Positions 1 through 8,152 are shown, counted from the first letter of the stretch. The stretch is 64,000 nt of DNA from a virus (IMGVR_UViG_3300035696_000002), one strand, 5' to 3'. The notes: generated by a model not told the origin, from the letters alone. Made by a program: numbers and translations.

Positions 1-1
1 G

Positions 2-253
2 CAGTGGGCTGCCGACAACCCGAATTCGCTGGTGGTGATCGTCTCCACATTCAGCTACGAGAACTGTGTGAAGTACGAGGCCGAGGAGTTGGGCCTGACC
101 GATCTGCACAACATCGTCGTTGACTCGTCCATGGGCGGGTTCGATCTCGCTGACCCGGACAAGCAGAATCCGTGGTACAAAGGCAAGCGGTACAGTCCGC
201 TCCCGGAGTGGTTTGAAAGGGCTCACGGGATTGAATCGAAAGAGTACGAGTAA
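2..253 (+). CDS. hypothetical protein, 5' truncated by window edge
   Basis: frame open from window start; stop overlaps next ATG (TAATG). Confidence 0.7.
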   Translation, partial: QWAADNPNSLVVIVSTFSYENCVKYEAEELGLTDLHNIVVDSSMGGFDLADPDKQNPWYKGKRYSPLPEWFERAHGIESKEYE

Positions 254-444
254 TGGCAAGCATGATCCAGCTACCGCCTGATCCAGAACCGCTGGTTAGG
301 GGCAAATGGCGGATCGCCGCGTGGTGCCTGTTCTGGGCGGTTGTCGCGGAGATGATCTTGGCACTGGTGGTGAACTGCGTACCGCCTGTCACGCGGTACT
401 GGCAGAAGCATGTTGACTCACAGGTGGGGCAGAGACGGAAGTGA
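253..444 (+). CDS. small membrane protein
   Basis: hydrophobic stretch IAAWCLFWAVVAEMILALVV; coupled start. Confidence 0.6.
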   Translation: MASMIQLPPDPEPLVRGKWRIAAWCLFWAVVAEMILALVVNCVPPVTRYWQKHVDSQVGQRRK

Positions 445-650
445 GGAAGCGGCGGTGTGACGGTGGGTTCTGCTTTCCTGAGGGCGTGGACAGGATGTTC
501 GAGTATTGTCCGGCCTGCAAGTTTGGCCAGAACAGCCGGGCCGCAGGTGGGAACGAACGCTGCTTTCACTGTGAGAAATGCTGGTACGTCGAGTGCATGA
601 TTTGTGAATGCTACCTCAGCGATGAGGAGATGGAGGCGATGGGCAAATGA
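441..650 (+). CDS. Cys-rich small protein
   Basis: several CxxC pairs; GTGA overlap. Confidence 0.55.
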   Translation: MRKRRCDGGFCFPEGVDRMFEYCPACKFGQNSRAAGGNERCFHCEKCWYVECMICECYLSDEEMEAMGK

Positions 651-787
651 GTTGGTCAGAAGCGTTTGCAGCCGTGGGCATAGCCTTTGCAGTTGCGTGG
701 TTATTCCGGGGTTTGTCCGGCTGTGATGAAGTCACCATTCAATGTCCTTGTCATGACGACGAGGAAGAAAGTGAAGATGGACAGTGA
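647..787 (+). CDS. 46-aa membrane peptide with acidic tail (not in ORF track)
   Basis: MSWSEAFAAVGIAFAVAWLFRG...DDEEESEDGQ; ATGA overlap. Confidence 0.5.
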   Translation: MSWSEAFAAVGIAFAVAWLFRGLSGCDEVTIQCPCHDDEEESEDGQ

Positions 788-1107
788 AGGTATTACTCCT
801 TTCCTTGCTTGCACTTACTGAGAAGCCGTATGAGGAATACAACGAGCTTCTTGAGAACATCAAAACCCAATTGGAGACCCCGCAGCGGGTCGCCTTATTC
901 GAGAAAACGCTGGCCGAGGAGCTACCGCTCACGACTGCCCGGCGTGCCTACAAGACGGCCATCCGGGTCGCCTGTGGGGAGAAAGACGTGCCTCGGGAAT
1001 TCCATGGGCACCCGGCCAAACACACCAAAGCGGTGAGTCCGGCCCGGCAGAAATGGATCGACACCAAGGGCTCGAAGAAAAAGACATCGCCAGTAATTCA
1101 AAAATAA
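784..1107 (+). CDS. hypothetical protein
   Basis: ORF track; GTGA overlap. Confidence 0.55.
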   Translation: MKVLLLSLLALTEKPYEEYNELLENIKTQLETPQRVALFEKTLAEELPLTTARRAYKTAIRVACGEKDVPREFHGHPAKHTKAVSPARQKWIDTKGSKKKTSPVIQK

Positions 1108-1177
1108 GTGATTTTCTGGTATCATATACCAGAGAGACTTTGACGGCCTGTACGGCCATCGAACAACATTTTGACAT

Positions 1178-1260
1178 TGGCGGCTATGCTGGTGCTTCCT
1201 TCTACATTCATGGATCGCCGGGGCAACCCGGCTCAAAACTAGCCACAGCGGTTTCCGCCA
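1178..1260 (+). ncRNA. structured RNA copy 1 (Y-RNA-like candidate)
   Basis: terminal stem TGGCGG/CCGCCA; inner stem GCTG/CAGC; CTTCCTTCT tract; GCAA-tetraloop hairpin GCCGGG-GCAA-CCCGGC; conserved with copy 2. Confidence 0.75.
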
Positions 1261-1261
1261 T

Positions 1262-1332
1262 AGATTCTGAGAGAGTCACGGTAAACTATCGGCCTAGCAG
1301 TGCGAAATAGGCTCGATCTCTCAAATCTTTTT
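1262..1332 (+). terminator. multibranch hairpin followed by T-run (terminator or third small RNA)
   Basis: AGATT.TGAGAGA/TCTCTCA.AATCT outer stem, two inner hairpins, TTTTT. Confidence 0.45.
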
Positions 1333-1333
1333 G

Positions 1334-1361
1334 TTGCAATTTTCTCAAAAATTGATACTAT
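1334..1361 (+). promoter_or_regulatory. sigma70-type promoter with extended -10
   Basis: TTGCAA-N16-TACTAT with TGn; predicted start about 1368, the first base of RNA copy 2. Confidence 0.6.
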
Positions 1362-1367
1362 GGAGAT

Positions 1368-1440
1368 TGGTCGGCTATGTTGGTGCTTCCTTCTACAAAT
1401 TCAACCATTGACTGAAACTAGCCCCAGCGATTTCCGACCA
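1368..1440 (+). ncRNA. structured RNA copy 2 (Y-RNA-like candidate / 5' leader)
   Basis: terminal stem TGGTCGG/CCGACCA (compensatory versus copy 1); same GGCTATGYTGGTGCTTCCTTCTAC and AAACTAGCCMCAGCGRTTTCCG blocks. Confidence 0.75.
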
Positions 1441-1448
1441 TAAAATTT

Positions 1449-3728
1449 ATGACACTCAACTCGATCCTTCTTCGCCGCACGAACAAGTTCCTCCTGCCGG
1501 AGCACAAGACCAAGACTGTGCTGCCGGGCGATGTCGTCGCCACGTTCAACCTGAACCTCCAGTCCTTGGGGTACACTCTGTCCTCGTCTGCCCTTAAGGC
1601 GGTGAAGCATCTCTCCCCGGATGCGGTGAAGTCTCTGTTCAAGGAAATCACTGCGACTCTGGCCGAGGCACGCGGCGTGAAGAACTACAAGCCGATGTAC
1701 CCGAACTTCCCCGAGCAGGTGATGGAAGCCACGGACGCCGAGTTGTATCTGAACGCGATCCTGCATTACTTCACCGTGTGGGTTGCCGATATCACTGGCT
1801 CCGGTGCAGATGCGGACTTCATCTATCTGCCGAAGTACACCAAGGAAAAGCGTGAGCCGCTGGACGAGAAGGTCAAGCTGACGGTTCTTAACATCGCCAA
1901 GGAAGACGAACTGGGCGTGCTGGCGACTCGCATCGCTACGTCCAACACGTCGCTCTCCGCGACCGATCAGGAAGAGTTGATCGCTCTCGTCGAGAGCGGT
2001 TGGTTCGATCTGTCCACGCAGATTCCGCAGAAGGAAAATCTCGCGATCATCACGGCGATCCTGATTGACAAGGTCGTCAAGGGCCGCAAGCTGCCGCTGT
2101 TGCAGTTGTTCCCGGACATTTTCGCACAGTTCAAGACGGCGACGGATGTACTGCGTCTGGCGACGGCCCTGTCTGGCGGCGACGTGTCTCTGGCTGCCGA
2201 TACTAAGTTCAAGTCTTTCAAGCGTTCGATCCGTCGTTCGCTGCTCCAGTTGCTCAATGAGGCTGGTTCCATCGAAGAGGATATGCTTCGCCATGCCAAC
2301 CGTTGGGTTGCCCTGAGCGAACGCCTGCATCCGGGCGAGTTCCACACGAAGTTCGACAAGGCGTACACCGCCTTCTGGAAGCTGCGTAATCAGTGGCGTC
2401 CGGGCGTCCCGAAGATTGAGACGTTCAACTCGAAGATCGAGGCCTTGGTTGGCGGCAACGCTGTCGAGACCCGTGAAGTAAACGTGCTCAAGGCTGTAGC
2501 TTTGCTGAGCAAGCGTCCGGGAGATTTTGCCCGCCGTCTTGACTCGCTGCTCCGCTTCAATCAGGCGAAGGGTACCCGTGTCGTTGAGGCCTTTGCGAAG
2601 GTTGCTGAGGAAGTGTCCACCCCGGTGCTGTTGCAGGTGATGGCTCACTTCAAGAACCGCAACAAGAACGACATGCGTGTCGTGTTCCCGAAGGGGAATC
2701 TGGCGAAGGTTCAGGCGATCTCTGGTCGTCGGGAAATTCTGCTGCACGAACTGACCTCGGCTGTTGTGAAGGTGGTCGAAGAGGCCCTGACGGCCCGCTT
2801 TGCTAAGCTGCCGAAGCTGGGCAAGGTGTACGTCGATCCGAAGCTGGCGGACTACCTCGTGCCGTTCTCGCAGCGGTCTGCCAACGCGGCACTCCGCACG
2901 CTGGTACGCGGTTCCCGCATTGAGTTCCCGGCAGACAAGAACACCATCCGCTTCTTCATCTGGTGGAAGAACATCGCTGCAAAGGATGCTCGTCACGAGA
3001 GCGAGGATTCGCCGTACTACGGCTACTCGGATGGTCGCGTTGACCTTGACCTGTCGTCCATCATGTACGATGAGAACTGGAAGCAGATGGAGTACATCAC
3101 GTACTACAACCTGCGTTCGGCTCACTACAAGGCCTGCCACAGCGGTGACATCACCACGGCACCGAAGGGTGCGTGTGAGTTCATCGACGTGGACATCCCG
3201 TCCATACTGAACTACGGTGGGCGTTATGTTGTCATGATGGTGAACAGCTTCACCGGGCAGAACTTCTCACAAATCCCGGAAGTTGCTGCTGGCTGGATGC
3301 TTCGCGAGAAGCCGCAGTCAGGGGAAATCTTCGAGCCGAAGACTGTGCTCGACAAGATCAACGTCACCAGCGAATCCAAGCAGGTGATGCCGATGGTTCT
3401 GGACTTGGTTGAGCGTAAGGTCATCTGGGCCGACGCTGCGATCAAGGCGAACGGCGGACGTTATGGCCGCATCTGGGGCAACAACGTCGCGAACAACTCT
3501 GATTCGATCTCGCTAATCGGTCAGGCGTTCACCAAGATCAAGAAGCCGAACCTTTACGAACTGTTCACCCTGCACGCCGCTTCGCGTGGTCGGCTGGTGG
3601 GCGATCCGACGAAGGCCGATGTTGTATTCTCGGTCGAGGCGGGTACACCGTTTGAGTTGGAGAAGATCGCGTCTGAGTTTATGCCCAACGCTAACGCAAA
3701 GGGCAAGGCGAAGGCCGCGAAGAAGTAG
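1449..3728 (+). CDS. large helical (ROT/TROVE-like) protein with C-terminal TerD domain
   Basis: TerD-like motifs VDLDLS, HSGDIT, EFIDVD, VNSFTGQ; N-terminal helical region with TATDVLR and RPGDFARRLDSLLR. Confidence 0.75.
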   Translation: MTLNSILLRRTNKFLLPEHKTKTVLPGDVVATFNLNLQSLGYTLSSSALKAVKHLSPDAVKSLFKEITATLAEARGVKNYKPMYPNFPEQVMEATDAELYLNAILHYFTVWVADITGSGADADFIYLPKYTKEKREPLDEKVKLTVLNIAKEDELGVLATRIATSNTSLSATDQEELIALVESGWFDLSTQIPQKENLAIITAILIDKVVKGRKLPLLQLFPDIFAQFKTATDVLRLATALSGGDVSLAADTKFKSFKRSIRRSLLQLLNEAGSIEEDMLRHANRWVALSERLHPGEFHTKFDKAYTAFWKLRNQWRPGVPKIETFNSKIEALVGGNAVETREVNVLKAVALLSKRPGDFARRLDSLLRFNQAKGTRVVEAFAKVAEEVSTPVLLQVMAHFKNRNKNDMRVVFPKGNLAKVQAISGRREILLHELTSAVVKVVEEALTARFAKLPKLGKVYVDPKLADYLVPFSQRSANAALRTLVRGSRIEFPADKNTIRFFIWWKNIAAKDARHESEDSPYYGYSDGRVDLDLSSIMYDENWKQMEYITYYNLRSAHYKACHSGDITTAPKGACEFIDVDIPSILNYGGRYVVMMVNSFTGQNFSQIPEVAAGWMLREKPQSGEIFEPKTVLDKINVTSESKQVMPMVLDLVERKVIWADAAIKANGGRYGRIWGNNVANNSDSISLIGQAFTKIKKPNLYELFTLHAASRGRLVGDPTKADVVFSVEAGTPFELEKIASEFMPNANAKGKAKAAKK

Positions 3729-3916
3729 TGCCAAAGAAAAAGAAAACTCGCTACTACCACTACGCCATCATCTGTCCGTATCCAGAGATCGGGCAGGTGG
3801 GCTGTGGCTGGGCGAGTTCTCTGAAAGAAATGATCGGCCAGTTGGAAGACAAGTGCGACACGGCAAAGCGTATGCTGGTTCGTGATTGCCCTGTCTGTAA
3901 GGAAAGCAACCGATGA
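3728..3916 (+). CDS. hypothetical protein
   Basis: ORF track; coupled. Confidence 0.5.
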   Translation: MPKKKKTRYYHYAIICPYPEIGQVGCGWASSLKEMIGQLEDKCDTAKRMLVRDCPVCKESNR

Positions 3917-4359
3917 TTTTCGAAGTAATCAATCCGAGCGACCCTGTTGTTTTCGAGACGGAGAATTTCGAGGCAGCAGCGGTCGCTTGTGTTATAGTGG
4001 GCGAAGGCCGCTATGGCTTGCAGGGCACCGTCAATGACATCCGATGGGAAGTTCCCCTGTTTCTGTTTGGTGGTTCTGACGAGTGGTTCACGGCTTCTTT
4101 CGGCCATGACCTGCAAACGTCGGTAGCCAAATTCATGGACACTCCCGAGGGCCGGGCCGAACTGGCGACCGTGCTAGAGTCTTTCATGATCGGCAAGGAA
4201 GAGGATTTGGTCAGCTACAAGAAGGCCTTGGAACTGATCCCTGCTGAGAAGCAGGCGGAATGGCGAGATCACTGGAAGGAACAACGCCGCTCCTCACTGA
4301 ACGACATTTGCGATTATGCTTGGCGTGTAGCCAAGAACCTACGTAAGAAGAAAGGGTAA
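3913..4359 (+). CDS. hypothetical protein
   Basis: ORF track; ATGA overlap. Confidence 0.7.
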   Translation: MIFEVINPSDPVVFETENFEAAAVACVIVGEGRYGLQGTVNDIRWEVPLFLFGGSDEWFTASFGHDLQTSVAKFMDTPEGRAELATVLESFMIGKEEDLVSYKKALELIPAEKQAEWRDHWKEQRRSSLNDICDYAWRVAKNLRKKKG

Positions 4360-4362
4360 GTC

Positions 4363-4605
4363 ATGGCTGTCATTACGCGAGGCAAACCCGGCGACTTGAA
4401 CTACGTCGAAGGGACATGCAAGGCAGTTAAGCGACGCATCAAGGGCCAGAAACATCCAATCGTTACGATCCGTGATGGAGTTGAAGGAACGGGCGTATCG
4501 CTACCTTTCACCTGTGGCTTTTGCAAGGACTCACTCGGACGGCCCACTGTGGCTTTCCGATCTCGGAAACAGAGGAATCAGCACACCAACTTCTGTCCGA
4601 AATAA
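4363..4605 (+). CDS. basic protein with C2H-type Zn motif
   Basis: CGFC...H...C. Confidence 0.55.
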   Translation: MAVITRGKPGDLNYVEGTCKAVKRRIKGQKHPIVTIRDGVEGTGVSLPFTCGFCKDSLGRPTVAFRSRKQRNQHTNFCPK

Positions 4606-4757
4606 CGACACCCCAGAGCGTTTTGGCATGGGACACTCTCCCCCGGATTTAAGCCGGGTAAGAGAAGATGCACGTGGCGATGCCACGGCTGATACCGCCG
4701 ACGTAATGGATAGGGGGGACTAAGGCCGCATGCAGCCGAAGTCCCCTCGGGCCTTTT
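4606..4757 (+). ncRNA. putative structured intergenic RNA
   Basis: hairpins CCCGG/CCGGG, CGTGGC-GAT-GCCACG, GGGGACT/AGTCCCC in a 150-nt gap. Confidence 0.4.
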
Positions 4758-5192
4758 ATGACCATCCGTATCGGCTTTACCGGGACGAACAAAGGAATGA
4801 CGCAGGGGCAGAGATTGCAGCTTGCCGCCCTGTTCACCGTGCTCAAGGCTGAATACGACGGGCACCTGATTGAGTTCCACCATGGGCTCTGCATCGGTGC
4901 CGACGAGCAGGCCGCGAAGCTGGCGAAGCAGTTTGGCTTCCGCGTTATCGCTCACCCCGGTTTCAACTCCCGCAAACCCAAAGACACGATGTTCCGTTCG
5001 GATTGGACTGGCAGCGACGAAACCCGCACAGCCGAGCCCTTCCTCAAGCGAGATCGTGGTATAGTGGATGAGACGATACGTATGATCGCTACCCCTCTTA
5101 CCCGCGAGGAACAAGTGCGGTCAGGAACATGGACAACAGTACGCTATGCTAGAAAACAGGGGAAACAGGTGGACGTTCTATATCCCGCATGA
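4758..5192 (+). CDS. SLOG/DprA-like nucleotide-binding protein
   Basis: IGFTG, HHGLCIGAD, RDRGIV, SGTWTTVRYA motifs. Confidence 0.7.
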   Translation: MTIRIGFTGTNKGMTQGQRLQLAALFTVLKAEYDGHLIEFHHGLCIGADEQAAKLAKQFGFRVIAHPGFNSRKPKDTMFRSDWTGSDETRTAEPFLKRDRGIVDETIRMIATPLTREEQVRSGTWTTVRYARKQGKQVDVLYPA

Positions 5193-5389
5193 AAGCTCTT
5201 TTCCAAAGTCGGTCTATGGGTTTAATTTCCTGCACGATAGTCGAAGGCCCGCGACTACTGACGCGGCCAGCCGACTGGCTGGTGTGGCAGGAGATGGTGA
5301 TGTATCGCATCAGATTCCAGAACAGCCACGGGAAGACTCACTGCGTGTGGGTAAACGCCAAGAGGGTGCGGACTGTTCCCTCTGCGTAA
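5189..5389 (+). CDS. hypothetical protein
   Basis: ATGA overlap. Confidence 0.5.
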   Translation: MKALFQSRSMGLISCTIVEGPRLLTRPADWLVWQEMVMYRIRFQNSHGKTHCVWVNAKRVRTVPSA

Positions 5390-5604
5390 TGGGAATTCCT
5401 GTTCGGACGAACAGCTACGTGCCTGCGGTGGTTCAGAAACAATTCCGGTTCCCGCGATCCAAGAAGAAACGCATTCAGAAAAAGTGGCGGAAGAACCCAA
5501 ACAACTGGCGGAACATGTCCGTTATCTGGTTGGTCTCGGACAAGATCACATCCGCTATTTGTGGTGGGTCACGTGATGTTTCGATACAAAGTGGTCGATT
5601 GTAA
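5389..5604 (+). CDS. small basic protein
   Basis: RFPRSKKKRIQKKW; TAATG coupling. Confidence 0.55.
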   Translation: MGIPVRTNSYVPAVVQKQFRFPRSKKKRIQKKWRKNPNNWRNMSVIWLVSDKITSAICGGSRDVSIQSGRL

Positions 5605-5644
5605 GAAACACGCTGAACGTGGCAAGAACCAGAATGACTGTCAT
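5555..5644 (-). CDS. 29-aa single-pass membrane peptide with His-rich tail (not in ORF track)
   Basis: MTVILVLATFSVFLTIDHFVSKHHVTHHK; GGAGG RBS at 5654-5650; sigma54 promoter upstream. Confidence 0.7.
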   Translation of the reverse strand: MTVILVLATFSVFLTIDHFVSKHHVTHHK

Positions 5645-5666
5645 AGAATCCTCCACAGTGAGTAAG

Positions 5667-5682
5667 GCAACTGGAGTGCCAA
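5667..5682 (-). promoter_or_regulatory. sigma-54 (-24/-12) promoter
   Basis: minus strand TTGGCAC-TCCAG-TTGC matches the TGGCAC-N5-TTGC consensus exactly. Confidence 0.75.
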
Positions 5683-5729
5683 ACTGCGGGGTAGTGATTG
5701 CTACAACTTAGCGAGTGAACAGAATCCCA

Positions 5730-5805
5730 TGTGTTGCGATCTGCAACTGGAAAATTACAACACCTGAATTGCTGGGATTTTCAGCGTGGAGAAACGCAAC
5801 ATGGG
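5730..5805. promoter_or_regulatory. putative enhancer (UAS) sites for a sigma54 activator
   Basis: palindrome GTTGC-GATCT-GCAAC plus half sites ACAACAC and GCAACAT, 50-125 nt upstream of the -24 box. Confidence 0.45.
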
Positions 5806-5815
5806 TTGTTGAAGA

Positions 5816-6523
5816 ATGCCTCAGAAAAAAGTCAAACTCGCGGCGGAAATCTACGCGAACTGCGGCGGGTGGTTCGCTGATCCCGATCTTGACCCGGCGA
5901 TGTTCAACAATCTCCCGGCGTGGCGACGGAAAGAAATACTAGAGTGCAAGCGAATCTTCCGGGAAATCCCCGGCGTCCAAGCTTACGAGATCATCGAGCC
6001 GGGTACGTGGAAGCCGTATCCGAACCAAAAGCTGGCCGCTGACTACTATCGGACTGAGGCCCTTGAGCCCGAGCCGAGCGATCTACCGGAGGTTCCCCCG
6101 AGCATCAAGTACACCGTCCCGAACGGTGTGCCGCTTCTGAACTTCCGCATGGATCGAGTCCTGTATACTGGGGACACAGAATTGCGTTCGGCCTTGGAGA
6201 TGCACGTGGCACTGCCTGCGGTGTCGAAGGCCTGCACGGTGAAGGGTGAAGGAATCGAACTCTTGCGGGAGAAGCCGTTGGATGGCGTCTATGCGTTCGT
6301 CTGGCGGATGGCGAGGTTCCAAGCCGGGCTCGATGCCAGCGTGCCTGTAACGGCGTTCTGGGACTTGGAGGACGGCATTCGCCTGCTGGGCGGGCCTCGG
6401 TATCCGGCGACCAAAGAGATCGCATTCCTCGAAAGCCGGGCCGGGGAACTTGCACGGTCGGTTGGTTTGAACAGATACGAAGCGGCCCAACGCTGGGGCC
6501 GGGCACTGGGAAGGACTCTATGA
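5816..6523 (+). CDS. hypothetical protein
   Basis: 235-aa ORF, divergent from the sigma54 unit. Confidence 0.7.
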   Translation: MPQKKVKLAAEIYANCGGWFADPDLDPAMFNNLPAWRRKEILECKRIFREIPGVQAYEIIEPGTWKPYPNQKLAADYYRTEALEPEPSDLPEVPPSIKYTVPNGVPLLNFRMDRVLYTGDTELRSALEMHVALPAVSKACTVKGEGIELLREKPLDGVYAFVWRMARFQAGLDASVPVTAFWDLEDGIRLLGGPRYPATKEIAFLESRAGELARSVGLNRYEAAQRWGRALGRTL

Positions 6524-6777
6524 TTTATCATGCAGGGTGGTTGGCACACATGCCATGGTGGTTTGCTTACGCGGTACCGTACCCGTTTGCGGTGCTGATC
6601 GCCGTTGTACTGGGCGAATCCAAATGGAAGCGGATCACTGGCTCCGTCATGCTTTGTCTGCTGGTAACCCTCAGCATGTACTCCAGTTTGATGGACTACG
6701 AAAGGCTGCAACCTATTGCAGTTGTTAGACATATCGACCCACCGCTCCACTGGTGGAAGACCCCACCTTTGCCCTAG
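6520..6777 (+). CDS. membrane protein
   Basis: two hydrophobic segments. Confidence 0.55.
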   Translation: MIYHAGWLAHMPWWFAYAVPYPFAVLIAVVLGESKWKRITGSVMLCLLVTLSMYSSLMDYERLQPIAVVRHIDPPLHWWKTPPLP

Positions 6778-6804
6778 CCAAAAAGGCCCCGAAGTCCGTA
6801 TACT
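6775..6804 (+). promoter_or_regulatory. class I phage promoter
   Basis: TAGCCA-N18-TATACT-N6-ATG. Confidence 0.7.
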
Positions 6805-6810
6805 ATAGTC

Positions 6811-7026
6811 ATGCCACGGCATACCGATAACACCGGGAAGAAGGCCGTCACATACGAAGCGACGTTGCCCGATGGCCGCGTCGTCCGCAAGAAGAGTTTC
6901 AACGTTGACCAGCCCAAAGCCGTCCTCGGTTGCTACCAAATGAATGGCGTGTGGCAGTACTCAGGCATCGCTGCGGCCCCGGAGAATTGGGGCGTCCAAA
7001 TTTTTGTGGAGGCTACGCGAGTATGA
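6811..7026 (+). CDS. hypothetical protein (leaderless)
   Basis: ATG 6 nt after -10. Confidence 0.65.
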   Translation: MPRHTDNTGKKAVTYEATLPDGRVVRKKSFNVDQPKAVLGCYQMNGVWQYSGIAAAPENWGVQIFVEATRV

Positions 7027-7220
7027 GCGAACAGAAATTCAAAGAAGTGAAACGCTTCCGCGTCGGCATCCGCATGGGCTCTCAGGGACTCAGGGTCAAG
7101 GTCACGGATGGCGGCAGCCGCCGCATTCGCCGGGAAGTCGCGAAGGCCGGAGCCGGGGCGACCTACACTTTCGATTACATGACTCAGGAAGCAGTCATCC
7201 TCGTACCGGAGGAAAAGTAG
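7023..7220 (+). CDS. hypothetical protein
   Basis: GGAGG RBS; ATGA overlap. Confidence 0.6.
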   Translation: MSEQKFKEVKRFRVGIRMGSQGLRVKVTDGGSRRIRREVAKAGAGATYTFDYMTQEAVILVPEEK

Positions 7221-7399
7221 TGGCGTCCTACCGCAAAGGCGTGGCATACATTGCCTTGTACGACGAGCCACATTGCATGGACGCGGATGAAATGCGAGGC
7301 TACGCTTCGGTGCACGTCCTCGCGGAAGTTTTCGACAAAGACGAGTTCAAGGTTGCACAGGATGTCGTTCGATACCGCTTACAACACGAGGGAGAATAA
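7220..7399 (+). CDS. hypothetical protein
   Basis: GGAGG RBS; GTG start. Confidence 0.55.
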   Translation: MASYRKGVAYIALYDEPHCMDADEMRGYASVHVLAEVFDKDEFKVAQDVVRYRLQHEGE

Positions 7400-7400
7400 C

Positions 7401-7961
7401 ATGTCAAAAATTATCGACCAGCGTGACGCAGAACTTTTCCGAGGCCCGGTGGAGCAGTACTCCGGTGAGAAGGGCTGCCGCACGTTCATCAAAGCTGAGA
7501 ACCGTGTGTGCATGGCGGAACCCACGACCGTGGTTGAAGGCCGCAAGTATTGTGCCGATCACATTCCGGGAGGCCGCTTGGATGTCAAGTACGTCGGCGT
7601 CCGCAATGTGGACAGCGATCTGTTTGAAGTCGTGGTTGAACGTGCCGGGCAACGCCCGTATCATCTGAACCCGCGTACCGACATCGTCAACCATTCCCCG
7701 ACTGGCGTGTGTTGGGGCTACGGCGGTTCCGGCCCGGCTCAGCTTGCCCTCGGCCTGTTGATTGATTTCCTCAGCGAGGGGAAGGCGGCTACCACACGCG
7801 GCAACATTGAATGTGCCGCACTGGAACTGTATCAGGAATTCAAATGGGCGACGGTTGCGAAGTTCGCCATGGACGAGGGATGGGAAATGACCGGGCAGGA
7901 AGTTGACGCTGAGTTGGTCAAGATCAACGCCCGGCGTTTCGCGGAGAGGAAGGTTCTGTAA
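7401..7961 (+). CDS. DUF6166-like protein with N-terminal Zn finger
   Basis: NHSPTGVCWGYGGSGPAQLAL motif. Confidence 0.65.
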   Translation: MSKIIDQRDAELFRGPVEQYSGEKGCRTFIKAENRVCMAEPTTVVEGRKYCADHIPGGRLDVKYVGVRNVDSDLFEVVVERAGQRPYHLNPRTDIVNHSPTGVCWGYGGSGPAQLALGLLIDFLSEGKAATTRGNIECAALELYQEFKWATVAKFAMDEGWEMTGQEVDAELVKINARRFAERKVL

Positions 7962-8152
7962 TGCGGGAGTTGATTCTCAAACGAATCGCCGAGCTACGGC
8001 GAAGCGACTCCGGCCTCAATGCCTACCGTCAGTTTGGCAAGAACGGGCAGTATTACCTATGGTCGCAGGAGCGGTTCGCGGCCCTGACAGACGAGGAGTT
8101 GATACGGCACTTCGAGATTATCTGCGGAATGGGGTATCGTCAGTATGGCTGA
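7961..8152 (+). CDS. hypothetical protein
   Basis: TAATG coupling. Confidence 0.55.
   Translation: MRELILKRIAELRRSDSGLNAYRQFGKNGQYYLWSQERFAALTDEELIRHFEIICGMGYRQYG

Noticed and set aside
1053-1310. 85-aa ORF across the RNA region
   Set aside because: Overlaps the upstream gene and the structured repeats; no RBS or protein-like features
1262-1332. Hammerhead ribozyme or c-di-GMP-I riboswitch
   Set aside because: CTGAGAG does not fit CUGANGA; GTAAAC and CGGCCTA resemble only fragments and the first riboswitch hairpin is missing
1178-1440. Twin repeats read as a mini CRISPR array or as tRNAs
   Set aside because: Only two bipartite units with paired ends, no regular spacers or cas genes; no cloverleaf, T-loop or anticodon arm despite CCA ends
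1401-3140. 579-aa minus-strand ORF (also 9143-10264, 12446-13657, 14313-15674 and many shorter ones)
   Set aside because: Antisense shadows of well-supported + strand genes; explained by codon bias, with no motifs or RBS
5609-5805. Long-range inverted repeats (CACGCTGAA/TTCAGCGTG; CCCATGTGTTGCG/CGCAACATGGG) as a retron-like RNA
   Set aside because: No reverse transcriptase nearby; better explained by the minus-strand peptide gene and dyad enhancer sites
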